Shown here piece by piece: positions 51,976 through 62,965 of a stretch of DNA of 64,000 nt (positions within the stretch are counted from its first letter, which is position 1; each line of letters begins with the position of its first letter). The notes beneath the pieces were generated by a model. The model had not been told where the DNA came from and did no database searches. It worked only from the letters and a program-made list of their open reading frames with translations. The stretch is from an uncultured Rivularia sp. (GTDB lineage: Bacteria; Cyanobacteriota; Cyanobacteriia; Cyanobacteriales; Nostocaceae): assembly GCA_963665115.1 (NCBI GenBank), contig OY762007.1, forward strand, positions 4,768,001-4,832,000, read 5' to 3'. The position numbers and the translations under genes are program-made.

Positions 51976-53192
51976 TTAATTCGGATACACAGGCAGTATA
52001 AAGTGAAACCAAGCTCCTCCGGTAGGTGCGGTATCTACCCAAATTTGACCGTAATGAGCTTGAACAATTTTTTGACACAAGCTTAAGCCTATACCGTAAC
52101 CGTCTTTTGCTTGATCTCGTTCTAAACGAAAGCGATTTTCAAAAATGCGATCGCGATTTTCTTCGGGAATACCCAAACCGCTATCGCCAATGCTAAATTG
52201 CACTTTTTGATTGGTACGATGCAAACCGGAAATAATAATTGTGCCTTGGGGCGGAGTATATTTAATGGCGTTGTCTAAAAGGTTTTTCACTACCTGCCCG
52301 ATGCGTTCGGGATCTGCGTATACGTATGGTAAGTCTTGCGGAATATCTGTTTCTATTTTTAGAAATTTCGCTTTATAGGATTCGCGTAATTCTTCAAGCA
52401 CTTCCATACAAATATCACCCAAGATTATTTTTTGAGGTGATATAGGAATTTTTGTATCATTACCGCGTCCCCCACCTGTAAAAGATCGGTAATCATTCTT
52501 TCAATTACCTTTGTTTGGCTGCGGGCATGATTCAGCACATTAGCGGTTAAGAGGGGCGTTAATCGCTTGAATTGACCATTTTCACTGTTGAAATTATTTT
52601 TTAAGGTATCAATAGCGATGATTGCTGCGGTAAGTGGGTTGCGGAGATCGTGTACTAACATCGCGATGACACGATCTTTAAATTGCAACTGTTCTTGAAG
52701 CTGCTGTTTTTCTTGCTTTAAACGAAAAACTTCATCGGTAAGCTCGATAATTTCTGAAGAAATAGCCAGCGAATTGATGGGAATTTGAGATTTTTTGATG
52801 TACCCGTCGGGGTCATTTTCTACAGCTTGTTTAAGGTCTTGCTGTACTTGGAGATAAGATTCTACACTAGTTTGCCATCTAGACCACCAAGTTTTTAACT
52901 GAGCAACTAAATTGCTACCGGCTAAAACCTGTCGGGGTTCTGGATGAATTCTAATTAGTGCTGGTGTTGCCACCAATTTAAAATGCTCTGCTAAATGGGG
53001 TTGTTTGCCCACATCAACAACTTGAAGTTCAAAATTATATTCAAGCTGTAAATCTGTGAGATACGAACGAATCTGTTGTATTTGTAGTCGGGACTTGGGA
53101 CGTTCATCCACAAACAGTAATAGTTGTAATGGGGCTTCCGAATTAATAAGTTGTTGTCCCTGAGAAGCTGGCATCAAATATTGTTTCAACAC
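51976..53192 (-). CDS. sasA: Circadian output histidine kinase SasA, frameshifted at ~52470
   Basis: KaiB-like N-domain ([25 protein letters not shown]), [24 protein letters not shown]. Confidence 0.93.
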
Positions 53193-53252
53193 TGGTCACA
53201 AACCGTTATAACTTTCGATGAGACCACTCGGCGGTGTCAGTTTCTGTCCCGT

Positions 53253-53323
53253 CGTTCGCGTAGCGTCTCCAAAGGAGATAGTGGCGTTAGCGCAGCGTCT
53301 CCGGAGGAGATACCCGAAGGGTG
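53253..53323. repeat. Small dispersed repeat pair upstream of sasA
   Basis: AGCGTCTCC(AA/GG)AGGAGATA occurs twice, followed by ACCCGAAGGGT. Confidence 0.6.
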
Positions 53324-53424
53324 AAAGTAGAATGGACTGACGGATGCGCGTAAAGCAGTCCTTTTTAATTCTATTTTAGATTTTTTTTAGACTTTAGACT
53401 TTCATTTTTTATTGGATTTTTAAC

Positions 53425-54912
53425 ATGAAATACACCTTTTTTAGTTTTTTGCTTCCTTTTTGTTTGCTAGCTAATTTTGAACAAGCTTTTGCGGTTGAAG
53501 CTGAGTCACAATCTTCTCCAAATCGTAGTCGGAAGTCAAGCCAAGTGACAAGCTTTGATACTGTTTCAAAAAAGTTGGTTAATCGCCAGGTAAATTTAAT
53601 TTATCGTATTCAAAAAGCGCTATCGGAAGCCGATCCTAATAGAATGCGAGCCGTGGGAGGACAATTAATTACTCACACTGTAGTTGTAGAAAGTTTTCTT
53701 AAAAGTCAATATCCGCAACCCCAAGCTTTATGCAATCAAAATCGAAATGCTTCGGTTGATTTTATACCTCCTTTAAGTCCATCCTCTTCAAAAGTTTATT
53801 GTTCTTTGTATAATTCCAGCCGAGAATTATCAAAACTGACTCCAATCTTAGATAGACTTTTATCTCGACGTGGAGAATTAGCCATTGTAAGAGAATTGCC
53901 TTTAGTTAGCGGAGAGAAACAATCCGATTTAGTACTTCCGATGTCTCCACTTACCCGTCCAAATCTTAGAAAATTGGCGACTCCTTATGCTATTTTAGAA
54001 CCTTCCGTGGAACCAGATACTTCATTAATTATTGGCAAGATAAAAAAGAGAGCAATCGCAAATTATGTTCCACCAGTTCAACCAGCAATTAAACCACCAT
54101 CTGAAGCACTAAAGATTTTAACAAATGCAGAACAGTATTTAGCAACAGCAATATCTGTACTTCCTGCTGAAAATAATTTTCCAAATCCGAGAAAAATGAC
54201 GGCAGAATTTAACCGTTTAGCTTATGATGTTGACCTCCAAGAAAAGCAAACTTACCGAAAATTGCTATTAATGCCTAATACGGGTATTTTTCGCGTATTG
54301 CCAAATCAAGCTTATCTTCGTCCCTTGAATACTGTAGAAAATCGCTCCCAAAAAAATATTCTCGATCGCTATCCTTTCCCAGTTTTGGGCAAACCCAAAG
54401 GGAACTTTACGCCCAATTTACCACTTCAAATAGTAAAAGGAAAGTTTCAGCTACAGTCCCAGGGAGTCGATTATGGTTTTATCGCAGAAATTGGTGATGT
54501 ACCTTTAGAAAAATTGGATCGGGACTTACTAACTGTAGATCCTAAAAAGCGAAACAATTTAGTTAACTATCAGCCTCCTAGTAAATTAAATGCGCTACTT
54601 ATGGAAAAGCGAAAAGTTATTACCGGCAAACACAAAAATTTCAATGTCGATGCCAAATTAAATCATACTTATTTAGTCCGTAATTTGCAGTTTCAATTAC
54701 CAGAAATTATTACTAGAAATCAAGTAATTTCAGGCAAACAACGTCGCTATATAGACCAATTATTGCAAATGCAAAGTAGCGATATAATTGTTGCTTTTAG
54801 ACCTGTACGCCGTCATTCTGATGGAAGCTATACCGTGACTTGGCGAGTATTGCAGCAATTAAAAGATCCGCAAATTGAAGATTTAGAAGATTATCTCAAG
54901 TTTCAAAGATAG
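53425..54912 (+). CDS. Secreted hypothetical protein
   Basis: 495-aa ORF with signal peptide (AFA-V); no motif recognised. Confidence 0.8.
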   Translation: MKYTFFSFLLPFCLLANFEQAFAVEAESQSSPNRSRKSSQVTSFDTVSKKLVNRQVNLIYRIQKALSEADPNRMRAVGGQLITHTVVVESFLKSQYPQPQALCNQNRNASVDFIPPLSPSSSKVYCSLYNSSRELSKLTPILDRLLSRRGELAIVRELPLVSGEKQSDLVLPMSPLTRPNLRKLATPYAILEPSVEPDTSLIIGKIKKRAIANYVPPVQPAIKPPSEALKILTNAEQYLATAISVLPAENNFPNPRKMTAEFNRLAYDVDLQEKQTYRKLLLMPNTGIFRVLPNQAYLRPLNTVENRSQKNILDRYPFPVLGKPKGNFTPNLPLQIVKGKFQLQSQGVDYGFIAEIGDVPLEKLDRDLLTVDPKKRNNLVNYQPPSKLNALLMEKRKVITGKHKNFNVDAKLNHTYLVRNLQFQLPEIITRNQVISGKQRRYIDQLLQMQSSDIIVAFRPVRRHSDGSYTVTWRVLQQLKDPQIEDLEDYLKFQR

Positions 54913-55188
54913 AAGATGCGGAATTGGGGATGGGGCGTTGGGGATTGGGGAGATTTATTGAGAGTAATAAGTAACGAGTAACGAGTAGTAAGTAGCGAAT
55001 AGGGATAAAAAGTTTACTCCGCTGTATGAAGATAATTTTTACTCAAATAATCTTTCCCATCTTTGAGGAAACCTACTTTTTTACTCCTAACTGCTCACTG
55101 GTTACTGATTACTGTTACCTATTAAGCCGGAAATAAGAATACAATGCTGGTAACTTATATTACTAGAGATTGCGTACTTACGACTTAA

Positions 55189-56657
55189 TGATGCCAATGT
55201 TGTTAAATAACCGCTATCAAATTATTCGGACTTTGGGAAGTGGTGGATTTGGAGAAACTTTCTTGGCGGAAGATACTCAAATGCCTTCTCAGCGTCATTG
55301 TGTAATCAAACAGCTTAAGCCTATTGAGAATAATCCCCAAATTTATCAATTGGTACAAGAAAGATTTGCACGGGAAGCTGCAATTTTAGAAGAATTAGGA
55401 GGAGTAAGCGAGCAGATTCCTAATTTATACGCTTATTTTTCTTTAGAAGAAAAGTTTTATTTAGTTCAAGAATGGGTTGAAGGAGATACTCTAACAGGCA
55501 AAGTTCAGCAGCAAGGTTTATTTAATGAAAGCAGCGTTAGGCAAATACTATCAAATCTCTTACCAGTTTTAAATTTCGTACATAGCAAGCGGATTGTCCA
55601 CCGCGATATCAAACCGGATAATATTATTTTGCGACATAGCGACGGTAAACCCGTGTTGATCGATTTTGGGGCGGTGCGGGAAACAATGGCAACGGTAGTA
55701 AATTCCCAAGGAAGTCTTACCCGTTCAATTATAATTGGTACACCTGGTTATATGCCTAGCGAACAAGCTGCGGGTAGAGCGGTTTATTCGAGCGATTTAT
55801 ACAGTTTGGGATTAACGATGGTTTATCTTTTGACTGGAAAATCACCGCAACAATTAGAGACAGATTCTAACACCGGAGAAATTATCTGGAAATCGGATGC
55901 GGGAATCACCGCTTCATTAAAGACAGTAATTGATAGAGCTATCGCATTTCATCCACGAGAACGATTTTCTACCGCTTTAGAAATGTTACAAGCTTTGCAA
56001 ACAGCTACTCCTTTTCCAGCTACCGTACCTTTTCAACCCCAAGCTGCTACTTCTAACCAACCCACACAGAGTTTATCTCAACAACAAAACACTAAATTTC
56101 AGGAGAACAAATCTAGCAAGCAGTTAGGAATTTTACCCCAAAGTATAATTATTGGTAGCGTAATTGGAGTATTTGCTATTGGTGGGTTATGGTTATTAAT
56201 TCCCAGGAATATTACACCCCAGCCGGAAATTCAAGCTGCTACAGAAACCGAATCTCAAGTTACTACAAATCCTGAACCTCCAGCTATTAAAGAACCCGAA
56301 CCTCCAGTTATTAAAGAACCCGAGCCTCAAGTTACTACACAGCCCCAACCTCAAACTATAGTCAAACCAGTAGAAAATGATTTTTCTTGGCTGTCTTCAA
56401 GGAGCGTAACAGATGCAGATTTAGATCCGTTCGATGGTAAGGGTTTAGATATAATGAGAAATTCTATTTTTGCTCGTTACGGAAGACGTTTCAACAATCA
56501 ATATTTACAACAGTATTTCAACGGACAATCTTGGTATACTCCCAAATATTCACCTCAAGAGTTTCCAATTCAATTACTTTCAAAACTCGAAATGCAAAAT
56601 GTACAACTTATTGATAAATATCAAGATAGAACTGGTAAAAGATTTGTGAAAAAATGA
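55189..56657 (+). CDS. Ser/Thr protein kinase with TM segment and C-terminal YARHG domain
   Basis: GSGGFG, VIK, HRDIKPDN, DFG, TM segment, RNSIFARYGRRF...YF....WY.P; start among the ATGs at ~55188-55197. Confidence 0.93.
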
Positions 56658-56743
56658 TTGAATTGAGAATCGGTCATTGGGCATTGGAGTAATTATTTAA
56701 TTCCTAATTTATAATTCTAGCTCTTACAATCCAAAATCTGAAA

Positions 56744-59113
56744 TCAAAAGATGTCTTTACGCTTTTGCAAGCAAAAACTAACGGTTAAATATACTAATGT
56801 ATGTAAACCCAAAATGCCCCAATTCAAAGCCAAGTTTTCCCAAGTTGCATCATAAACTGCTGTTGGTTCAAAAGGTCGAATAGCTGTACTACCATCGGGT
56901 AATTTAATTGCTTCGGGAACCATTGCATTAATATCAATTAAACTACCATAAGCCCCGATTGACCAACGACTTAACATCAACCAAGAAATTACCTTGCCAA
57001 TTCCTTTTATCTTGAATAAAACGCCGGAAAAAATAATTTGAGGTATTAGAAGTAAAGGCAAAGCGCTATTAGCTTGAGAAGCATTTTTTACAACTGCTGA
57101 AACTAATAAACCCAAACTCATACTGGTTAGCAGCGTTAAAAAAGTTGTAATTGATAATCCTAACGTCCAAGGAATAAGTTCGGATTGCGGCGATTGGAAT
57201 AATAACAGAATTACTAATGATATCAATCCAGTCTGCAATAAAGCTAAACCAGCAAGAATAATTAATTTGGAACCGAGATAAGCAAATAAACCTAAATTAA
57301 CTAATCTTTCCCGTAAATAAATAGCAGCTTCTTTAACGATTTCTTGCAACGAACTCGAAAGCCCTACCCATAAAGCCGCGCAGGTAAACACAAATAATAC
57401 CCGTAATGCTAATGGTGCTAAATTAGCATCTGGATTGTCCGGTAAAACAAAAGGATTTTTATCGCCAAGGGCTACCGTAATTAAACCAATACCTATCGGT
57501 GCCGTTAATAGCGCCAAAATTAAATTAATGCGATCGCGCTTTTGAATATGAAAGTATCTTTGTGTAAGAATACTTAACTGTTTTGTAAAAGTAGCGCCGG
57601 AATTACGGTTATCGGCTTTTTTCGGTTTTGATGTTTGATTGCCTGGGCTGAGATGATTGGTTACGTAGCGACGAAAATCTTCTGAGCTATGAAATCTTTC
57701 TGCTTCATCAACGACATTTTCTGGTTTTTCTAACTGGTTATAAATATCAGCAAAGTCTTCGGTAACTCCAAAAAATCGCAAGCATTCAGCGGCAGGGCCA
57801 AAGTAACATAAACGCCCACCTTGTCCAAGAAATACAACGCGATCGCATAATTTTATATTCGCCGTGGCATGAGTCACCAAAATCACTGTTCTTCCTTGAT
57901 TTGCCAACTTCCGCAACAACTGCATCATTTTTTTATCCAAACCTGGATCTAATCCGGAAGTCGGTTCATCTAAGAAAAATAATTTCGGATCTGCAAGTAA
58001 CTCTACCCCAATACTTACCCGTTTTCGCTGTCCCCCACTGAGTTCGCTTATCAAAGCACCCCGACGGTGGGACATTTCCACATCTGATAAAGTTTTTTCT
58101 ACGACTTTATCTACATCAATATCTGGTGGTAATCGTAATTTTGCAGCGTAGGTAAGTACTTGAGAAACCGTTAATTGACGGTGAATAATATCATCTTGCG
58201 GTACATAACCGATTTGAGTACGGTAAATATTAAAGTTGTTGCGTAAATCTTCCCCATTTAGATAAACTACGCCCTCACTTAGCTTTTCAGTTCCCAATAA
58301 AGAACGCATTAAAGTAGATTTACCAGCACCGCTACCTCCTACCAAAGCTACAAGTTGTCCCGGTTCAATCGGACAAGAAATATCGTCCAAACGCCGCTTA
58401 CCGTTGGTTACAATTACCAAATTGCAAGCATCCAAGCGAATTTTATTTCCTTTATCAAGTATCTGTAAAACTGAATTTCGCAGTACTAAACTATACGGTC
58501 CGATCCGAATTGTTGAGCCTTCAGCTAAAACCTTACTTCCAGTAATTCTTTCTCCATCAACAAAAACACCGTTAGTACTGGAATCTCGGATAATATAGCG
58601 TCCTTGAGCATCTGTATCAATTGTGGCATGACGACGGGATACGGTAGGAGCATCCAAAGTCAAATTAGCTTTATCATCTCGCCCCAGCAATACGGAACCA
58701 TTTTTTAACGAAACTGAATGCAGTTCTACCTTGTTATTTGTGACGGGTTGCTGGGGGTTATTGTATTTCAACAACACCTGATTCTCGGGATTTTGTCCAA
58801 TTTGAATTTCAGTTCCGTTAGTAAGTAGAAACCCAGAATCTGAAGTAATGCGACTGCGATCGATATAAAGTCCGTTAGTGCTGGGTTGCTTTCCATCACC
58901 ATCATAGATACGGTAATTGTCTCCTTCTCTGCATAATACTGCTTGGCAACGTCCTATAACCTGCCAATCTCGCGGAGCAACCAAATCTGCAAAGTCAGAA
59001 TCGCGTCCAAATTTATGTTCGCGTTTTATTAATGTCAGGTTTAAAATATGTCCTTGATGATTTAACTCCAGATAAGGATTATCAAGAACTGTAGTATTAC
59101 CTATTTGAGTCAT
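56744..59113 (-). CDS. FHA-FHA-ABC transporter (Rv1747-like, NBD + ABC2 permease)
   Basis: FHA motifs FGRD..STNG and LGRD..SRRH..STNG; GGSGAGKS, LSGGQ, LDEPTSGLD; 6 TM segments. Confidence 0.93.
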   Translation of the reverse strand: MTQIGNTTVLDNPYLELNHQGHILNLTLIKREHKFGRDSDFADLVAPRDWQVIGRCQAVLCREGDNYRIYDGDGKQPSTNGLYIDRSRITSDSGFLLTNGTEIQIGQNPENQVLLKYNNPQQPVTNNKVELHSVSLKNGSVLLGRDDKANLTLDAPTVSRRHATIDTDAQGRYIIRDSSTNGVFVDGERITGSKVLAEGSTIRIGPYSLVLRNSVLQILDKGNKIRLDACNLVIVTNGKRRLDDISCPIEPGQLVALVGGSGAGKSTLMRSLLGTEKLSEGVVYLNGEDLRNNFNIYRTQIGYVPQDDIIHRQLTVSQVLTYAAKLRLPPDIDVDKVVEKTLSDVEMSHRRGALISELSGGQRKRVSIGVELLADPKLFFLDEPTSGLDPGLDKKMMQLLRKLANQGRTVILVTHATANIKLCDRVVFLGQGGRLCYFGPAAECLRFFGVTEDFADIYNQLEKPENVVDEAERFHSSEDFRRYVTNHLSPGNQTSKPKKADNRNSGATFTKQLSILTQRYFHIQKRDRINLILALLTAPIGIGLITVALGDKNPFVLPDNPDANLAPLALRVLFVFTCAALWVGLSSSLQEIVKEAAIYLRERLVNLGLFAYLGSKLIILAGLALLQTGLISLVILLLFQSPQSELIPWTLGLSITTFLTLLTSMSLGLLVSAVVKNASQANSALPLLLIPQIIFSGVLFKIKGIGKVISWLMLSRWSIGAYGSLIDINAMVPEAIKLPDGSTAIRPFEPTAVYDATWENLALNWGILGLHTLVYLTVSFCLQKRKDIF

Positions 59114-59235
59114 TATTTATATCAAATGTGCTTTTTCACACCAGAATCTTAACAGTATAACTGCATATCGCAATAGGTAATTTATACTAAATATATTTTA
59201 CTAATACTCCACCACATTCATTTTGACGGGTAAAA

Positions 59236-59290
59236 GTTTGTAGTAAGGGCTTTAGCCCTGATTCGGAGGACTGAAGTCCTCACTACGAAC
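59236..59290. repeat. REP-like palindrome, family A
   Basis: GTTTGTAGTAAGGGCTTTAGCCCT...AGGACTGAAGTCCTCACTACGAAC. Confidence 0.8.
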
Positions 59291-59528
59291 CTATTAAAAC
59301 TAGTAGGACAGAGCATTAGTAATGATTTTGACAATCGTCTTCGATAGTCAAAAATAGCTAACACATTTGTTTTATTTGCTAATTTCCAGCAGCCCAGCAG
59401 ACAAATTTTCTTATACATCGGTTCCCATCAGATTATAAATCTTAACTATACTCGTTGTTTATACAAGAAAATGAGTAAAATATATGACTAGTGTTCCTTT
59501 TGACTTACTAGCGCTCTAATTTATACAA

Positions 59529-61232
59529 ATGCTGCTAAACAACCGCTATCAGATTATTCGGACTTTAGGAAGCGGTGGATTTGGAGAAACTTTCCTGGCA
59601 GAGGATAGCCAAATGCCTTCTCGCCGACTTTGTGTAATCAAACAATTGCGACCAATACAAAATAATCAGCAGGTGTATGAGTTAGTACAACAGCGGTTTG
59701 GACGCGAAGCAGCGATTTTGGAAGAACTAGGTGATGGTAGCTCCCAGATTCCAAGACTATACGCTTACTTTAGCGACAATGGGCAATTCTACTTAGTGCA
59801 AGAATATATTCAAGGCAAAACTCTTACACAGGTAGTTCAGGAAAAAGGCTTGATGGATGAAAATTATCTCAAACAGATTTTAATTAGTATTTTGCCAGTT
59901 TTGGACTACATCCATTCCAAAGGTATTGTTCATAGAGATATCAAGCCAGAGAACATTTTGATTGATATTGATGCTCAACCTGTATTAATAGACTTTGGTG
60001 CAGTCAAAGAAACTTTGGGAACCTTGATAACTCCTTCAGGCAACGCAACAAAATCAATAGTTATCGGTACGCCGGGATTTATGGCAACCGAGCAATCTGT
60101 TGGACGACCAATGTTTGCTAGCGATATATATAGTTTGGGGTTGACTGCAATTTTTCTACTTACGGGTAAAATGCCGCAAGAGTTAACTTCCGATCCTTCT
60201 ACTGGTAAAGTATTGTGGCGGCAGTATATACCCAATGTCAAAGATGATTTCGCAGATATTTTAGACAAAGCAATTGGGTTTGATGCTAGAGAAAGATTTA
60301 AAACTGCCAGCGTTATGCTGCAAGCTTTGCAAACTGGAATTTTAAGCGTACCTTCTTCAGGGGTTTCCCATACGGCTCATTTTTCAGATACCGTCGCTCC
60401 GGGAATAACCTTACCACCCCAAACTCATTTAAATACTCATTTAAATACAGTTGCCATTGCTCCACCATCTTCAATTCAATATAGCGAGCCAAGAAACGGT
60501 AAAGGAATTCTTCTTGGTAGTTTGATTGCAGGTAGTTTAATTGGTGCATCAATTATCGTTGGTTTTGCCTTAAACAAGCAGCCTAAGCAACCTCCAACAA
60601 TTACCCAACAACCACAACCAACCATTACACCCAAGACAAAGACAACTCCACAGAAATTGAACACACCTCAAACGACACCGATACCAAGCGTAATACCAAT
60701 CATAAAGCCGACTTTTACTTTGCCACCAGCAACCTCACCCGATATAACTCCAGATATAGCTCCAGAAGTCCAAACCCCCATCAAACCACAAATTCCAATT
60801 CCTCCTCAAACAATTAATCCCACTCCAGATGTAGAAATTCCCCAGCAAAAGCAAACACCATTATCTCCTCCTGGAGACTTTACACCGCCACCAATTGAAC
60901 AACCATCGCCAATACAAACAGTAGAAAATTATTACTTAAATATTAATCAAGCTCAGTATAAAACCGCTTGGAATCAGCTATCTCAACAATTCAAAGATAA
61001 CAAGCGTCTTCATCCCAATGGTTATTTTTCTTATCTAAGTTGGTGGAGAGGAAAAGTTGAAAATGTAAATATAGAGCAAATCAACATTTTAGAAGCGAAC
61101 ACAGATACAGCTACAGTTGATGCTTCCTTAAGCTATTTAATGAAAAACGGTCGTATTATACCTAGTACCGTGCGTTTCTTCTTGACATGGGATGCTCAAA
61201 ATCGTAGATGGTTGGTGAAAGATGCGAATTGA
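59529..61232 (+). CDS. Ser/Thr protein kinase with TM segment, Pro/Thr-rich linker and C-terminal extracytoplasmic domain
   Basis: GSGGFG, HRDIKPEN, DFG, GTPGF; TM segment; P/T/Q-rich stretch. Confidence 0.93.
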   Translation: MLLNNRYQIIRTLGSGGFGETFLAEDSQMPSRRLCVIKQLRPIQNNQQVYELVQQRFGREAAILEELGDGSSQIPRLYAYFSDNGQFYLVQEYIQGKTLTQVVQEKGLMDENYLKQILISILPVLDYIHSKGIVHRDIKPENILIDIDAQPVLIDFGAVKETLGTLITPSGNATKSIVIGTPGFMATEQSVGRPMFASDIYSLGLTAIFLLTGKMPQELTSDPSTGKVLWRQYIPNVKDDFADILDKAIGFDARERFKTASVMLQALQTGILSVPSSGVSHTAHFSDTVAPGITLPPQTHLNTHLNTVAIAPPSSIQYSEPRNGKGILLGSLIAGSLIGASIIVGFALNKQPKQPPTITQQPQPTITPKTKTTPQKLNTPQTTPIPSVIPIIKPTFTLPPATSPDITPDIAPEVQTPIKPQIPIPPQTINPTPDVEIPQQKQTPLSPPGDFTPPPIEQPSPIQTVENYYLNINQAQYKTAWNQLSQQFKDNKRLHPNGYFSYLSWWRGKVENVNIEQINILEANTDTATVDASLSYLMKNGRIIPSTVRFFLTWDAQNRRWLVKDAN

Positions 61233-61537
61233 ATACTTGGATGAAAGCACACTAAATAATACTTGCAATACCGGATTGATCTCTAGTTGATTGCAAGAAA
61301 AACTTTTGACAGGTTATAAGTAAAACTAAAAATACTCTTAAGTATTGCCTTATAATTGCTAATGATTAAATATGATTTAATATTGATGTTTAAATTTAGA
61401 AAATATAAAGTCTGGTATTGCTAGTTTAATGTATAACATTTGCTCGCTACATAACTATTCATGCTTTGTTTGATCGCGATATCTTTTAAATTTTTATATT
61501 ACTTGTAAAATTGTTGTAATAATAGCTAAAAATCTAC

Positions 61538-62104
61538 ATGAGTTCTCAGCAAACTGATGCAAATAACGATCCATCAAAAGCATGGCGTAGTTTACGAGAA
61601 AATCTGATTCTAATTACCATCGCTTTGGTATTAGCATTTTTCATTCGGACTTTCATTGCCGAACCCCGCTACATCCCCTCAGATTCGATGCTACCAACTT
61701 TGCATACAGGCGATAGATTAGTAGTTGAAAAAGTTTCTTACAAATTTAACTCTCCTAAATTTGGCGATATCGTAGTTTTCCAACCACCACCAGAATTACA
61801 GCGTCGCGGATATTCTCAAGATCAAGCTTTCATAAAGCGCGTAATTGCTACTCCCGGAGACAAGCTTGAAATCAATGACGGGAAGGTCTATCTTAACGGT
61901 AATTTATTGCAAGAAGATTATATAAAAGAACCACCCCTACAGCCTTTTCCACTGGTAGAAGTTCCTCAAAACCAGTATTTTATGATGGGCGACAATCGTA
62001 ACGATAGTAACGACTCTCGTTATTGGGGCTTTTTACCGAAAAAAAATATGATTGGTAAGGCAAGTTTCCGTTTTTGGCCTCCCGATAGAATCGGTACGAT
62101 ATGA
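61538..62104 (+). CDS. lepB: Signal peptidase I
   Basis: IPSDSMLPTL (Ser), FIKRVI (Lys), GDNRNDSNDSR. Confidence 0.96.
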   Translation: MSSQQTDANNDPSKAWRSLRENLILITIALVLAFFIRTFIAEPRYIPSDSMLPTLHTGDRLVVEKVSYKFNSPKFGDIVVFQPPPELQRRGYSQDQAFIKRVIATPGDKLEINDGKVYLNGNLLQEDYIKEPPLQPFPLVEVPQNQYFMMGDNRNDSNDSRYWGFLPKKNMIGKASFRFWPPDRIGTI

Positions 62105-62237
62105 AGTTAGGAGTTAGGAGTTAGGAGTTATGAGTTATTTGATTTTGGATTGGGAGTAGAGAGTAGTAAGTAGTGAGTTGCAAGTTAGTTGAATTATTCT
62201 TCCCCTTGTCTCCTTGTCTCCTTGTCTCCCTGTTCCC

Positions 62238-62777
62238 TCAAAACTGCAAGTAATACATTAACTGAGCGAGTGTTTCACCAGAGAGATTTAATCGCTTTTG
62301 AAAATCAACTATATTAGCGTAGGAACCATAAGAGCTACGATTATTTACTACCGCTTGTGCTAAAGAAGGATCGATAAAAGGTACTTTCAGTAAACCTTCA
62401 ATTGTTGCGGTATTCGGATTCACAACACAGGTAATAGCATCTACAGATTCGTCATCATAATAACCAAAAAGTAAAATTATTTCTAAAGGCTTTAGCCGCT
62501 GTGCCGGTAAACCTAAAGCCGCCGCGATATCTTCTACACAGTAAAATTTGACACCAGTTTTAGCAAGTTCTACAAGAGTTCTAGCTTGATGTATGGACAA
62601 ACCGGGCAAGCGCAGCCAGTCATCAACAGTAGCTTGATTCGCATCAATCCGAATGCCAAGTTGAACCGCGATCGCAATTTCTTCCCCCGATTTTAAACGG
62701 TAATAAGGATCGTTAAGCAACTTAGTTCGCAGTTTTTGCAATCTAGAATTGATTCGAGGCCACCAATTAGGATTCAT
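62238..62777 (-). CDS. ComEA-like helix-hairpin-helix DNA-binding protein
   Basis: IDANQAT...LRLPGLS and VNPNTAT...LKVPFI HhH repeats. Confidence 0.8.
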   Translation of the reverse strand: MNPNWWPRINSRLQKLRTKLLNDPYYRLKSGEEIAIAVQLGIRIDANQATVDDWLRLPGLSIHQARTLVELAKTGVKFYCVEDIAAALGLPAQRLKPLEIILLFGYYDDESVDAITCVVNPNTATIEGLLKVPFIDPSLAQAVVNNRSSYGSYANIVDFQKRLNLSGETLAQLMYYLQF

Positions 62778-62795
62778 GGGTAGATTATGGAAGTA

Positions 62796-62830
62796 GAGAG
62801 TAGCGAGTAGCGAGTAGCGAGTAGCGAGTA
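62796..62830. repeat. STRR array (GCGAGTA)
   Basis: Tandem heptamers. Confidence 0.8.
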
Positions 62831-62965
62831 AAGAGTAAGCATTAGAGAATGGATGCTTGAGGAATCGAAAATAAGAACGAATTAGTAGTTTACTCCTAAC
62901 TCATAACCCCTAACTTCTAAGTGTTTACTATTCTCTATTCCCTACTTTCTACTCACTACTCCCTA

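Noticed and set aside
56271..56327. 24-bp coding tandem repeat (PEPPAIKE/PEPPVIKE)
   Set aside because: Ordinary Pro-rich linker expansion in a kinase.
59218..59418. 66-aa ORF between the ABC transporter and the kinase
   Set aside because: It runs through a REP-like palindrome and is likely spurious.
1485..60664. Numerous 60-135 aa antisense or overlapping ORFs in the track (e.g. 1485-1787, 21984-22391, 36331-36654, 44778-45149)
   Set aside because: They are shadows of well-supported genes and have no motifs of their own.
1981..62675. Abundant GCGATCGC octamers
   Set aside because: HIP1 is a well-known cyanobacterial feature; used only as a taxonomic clue.
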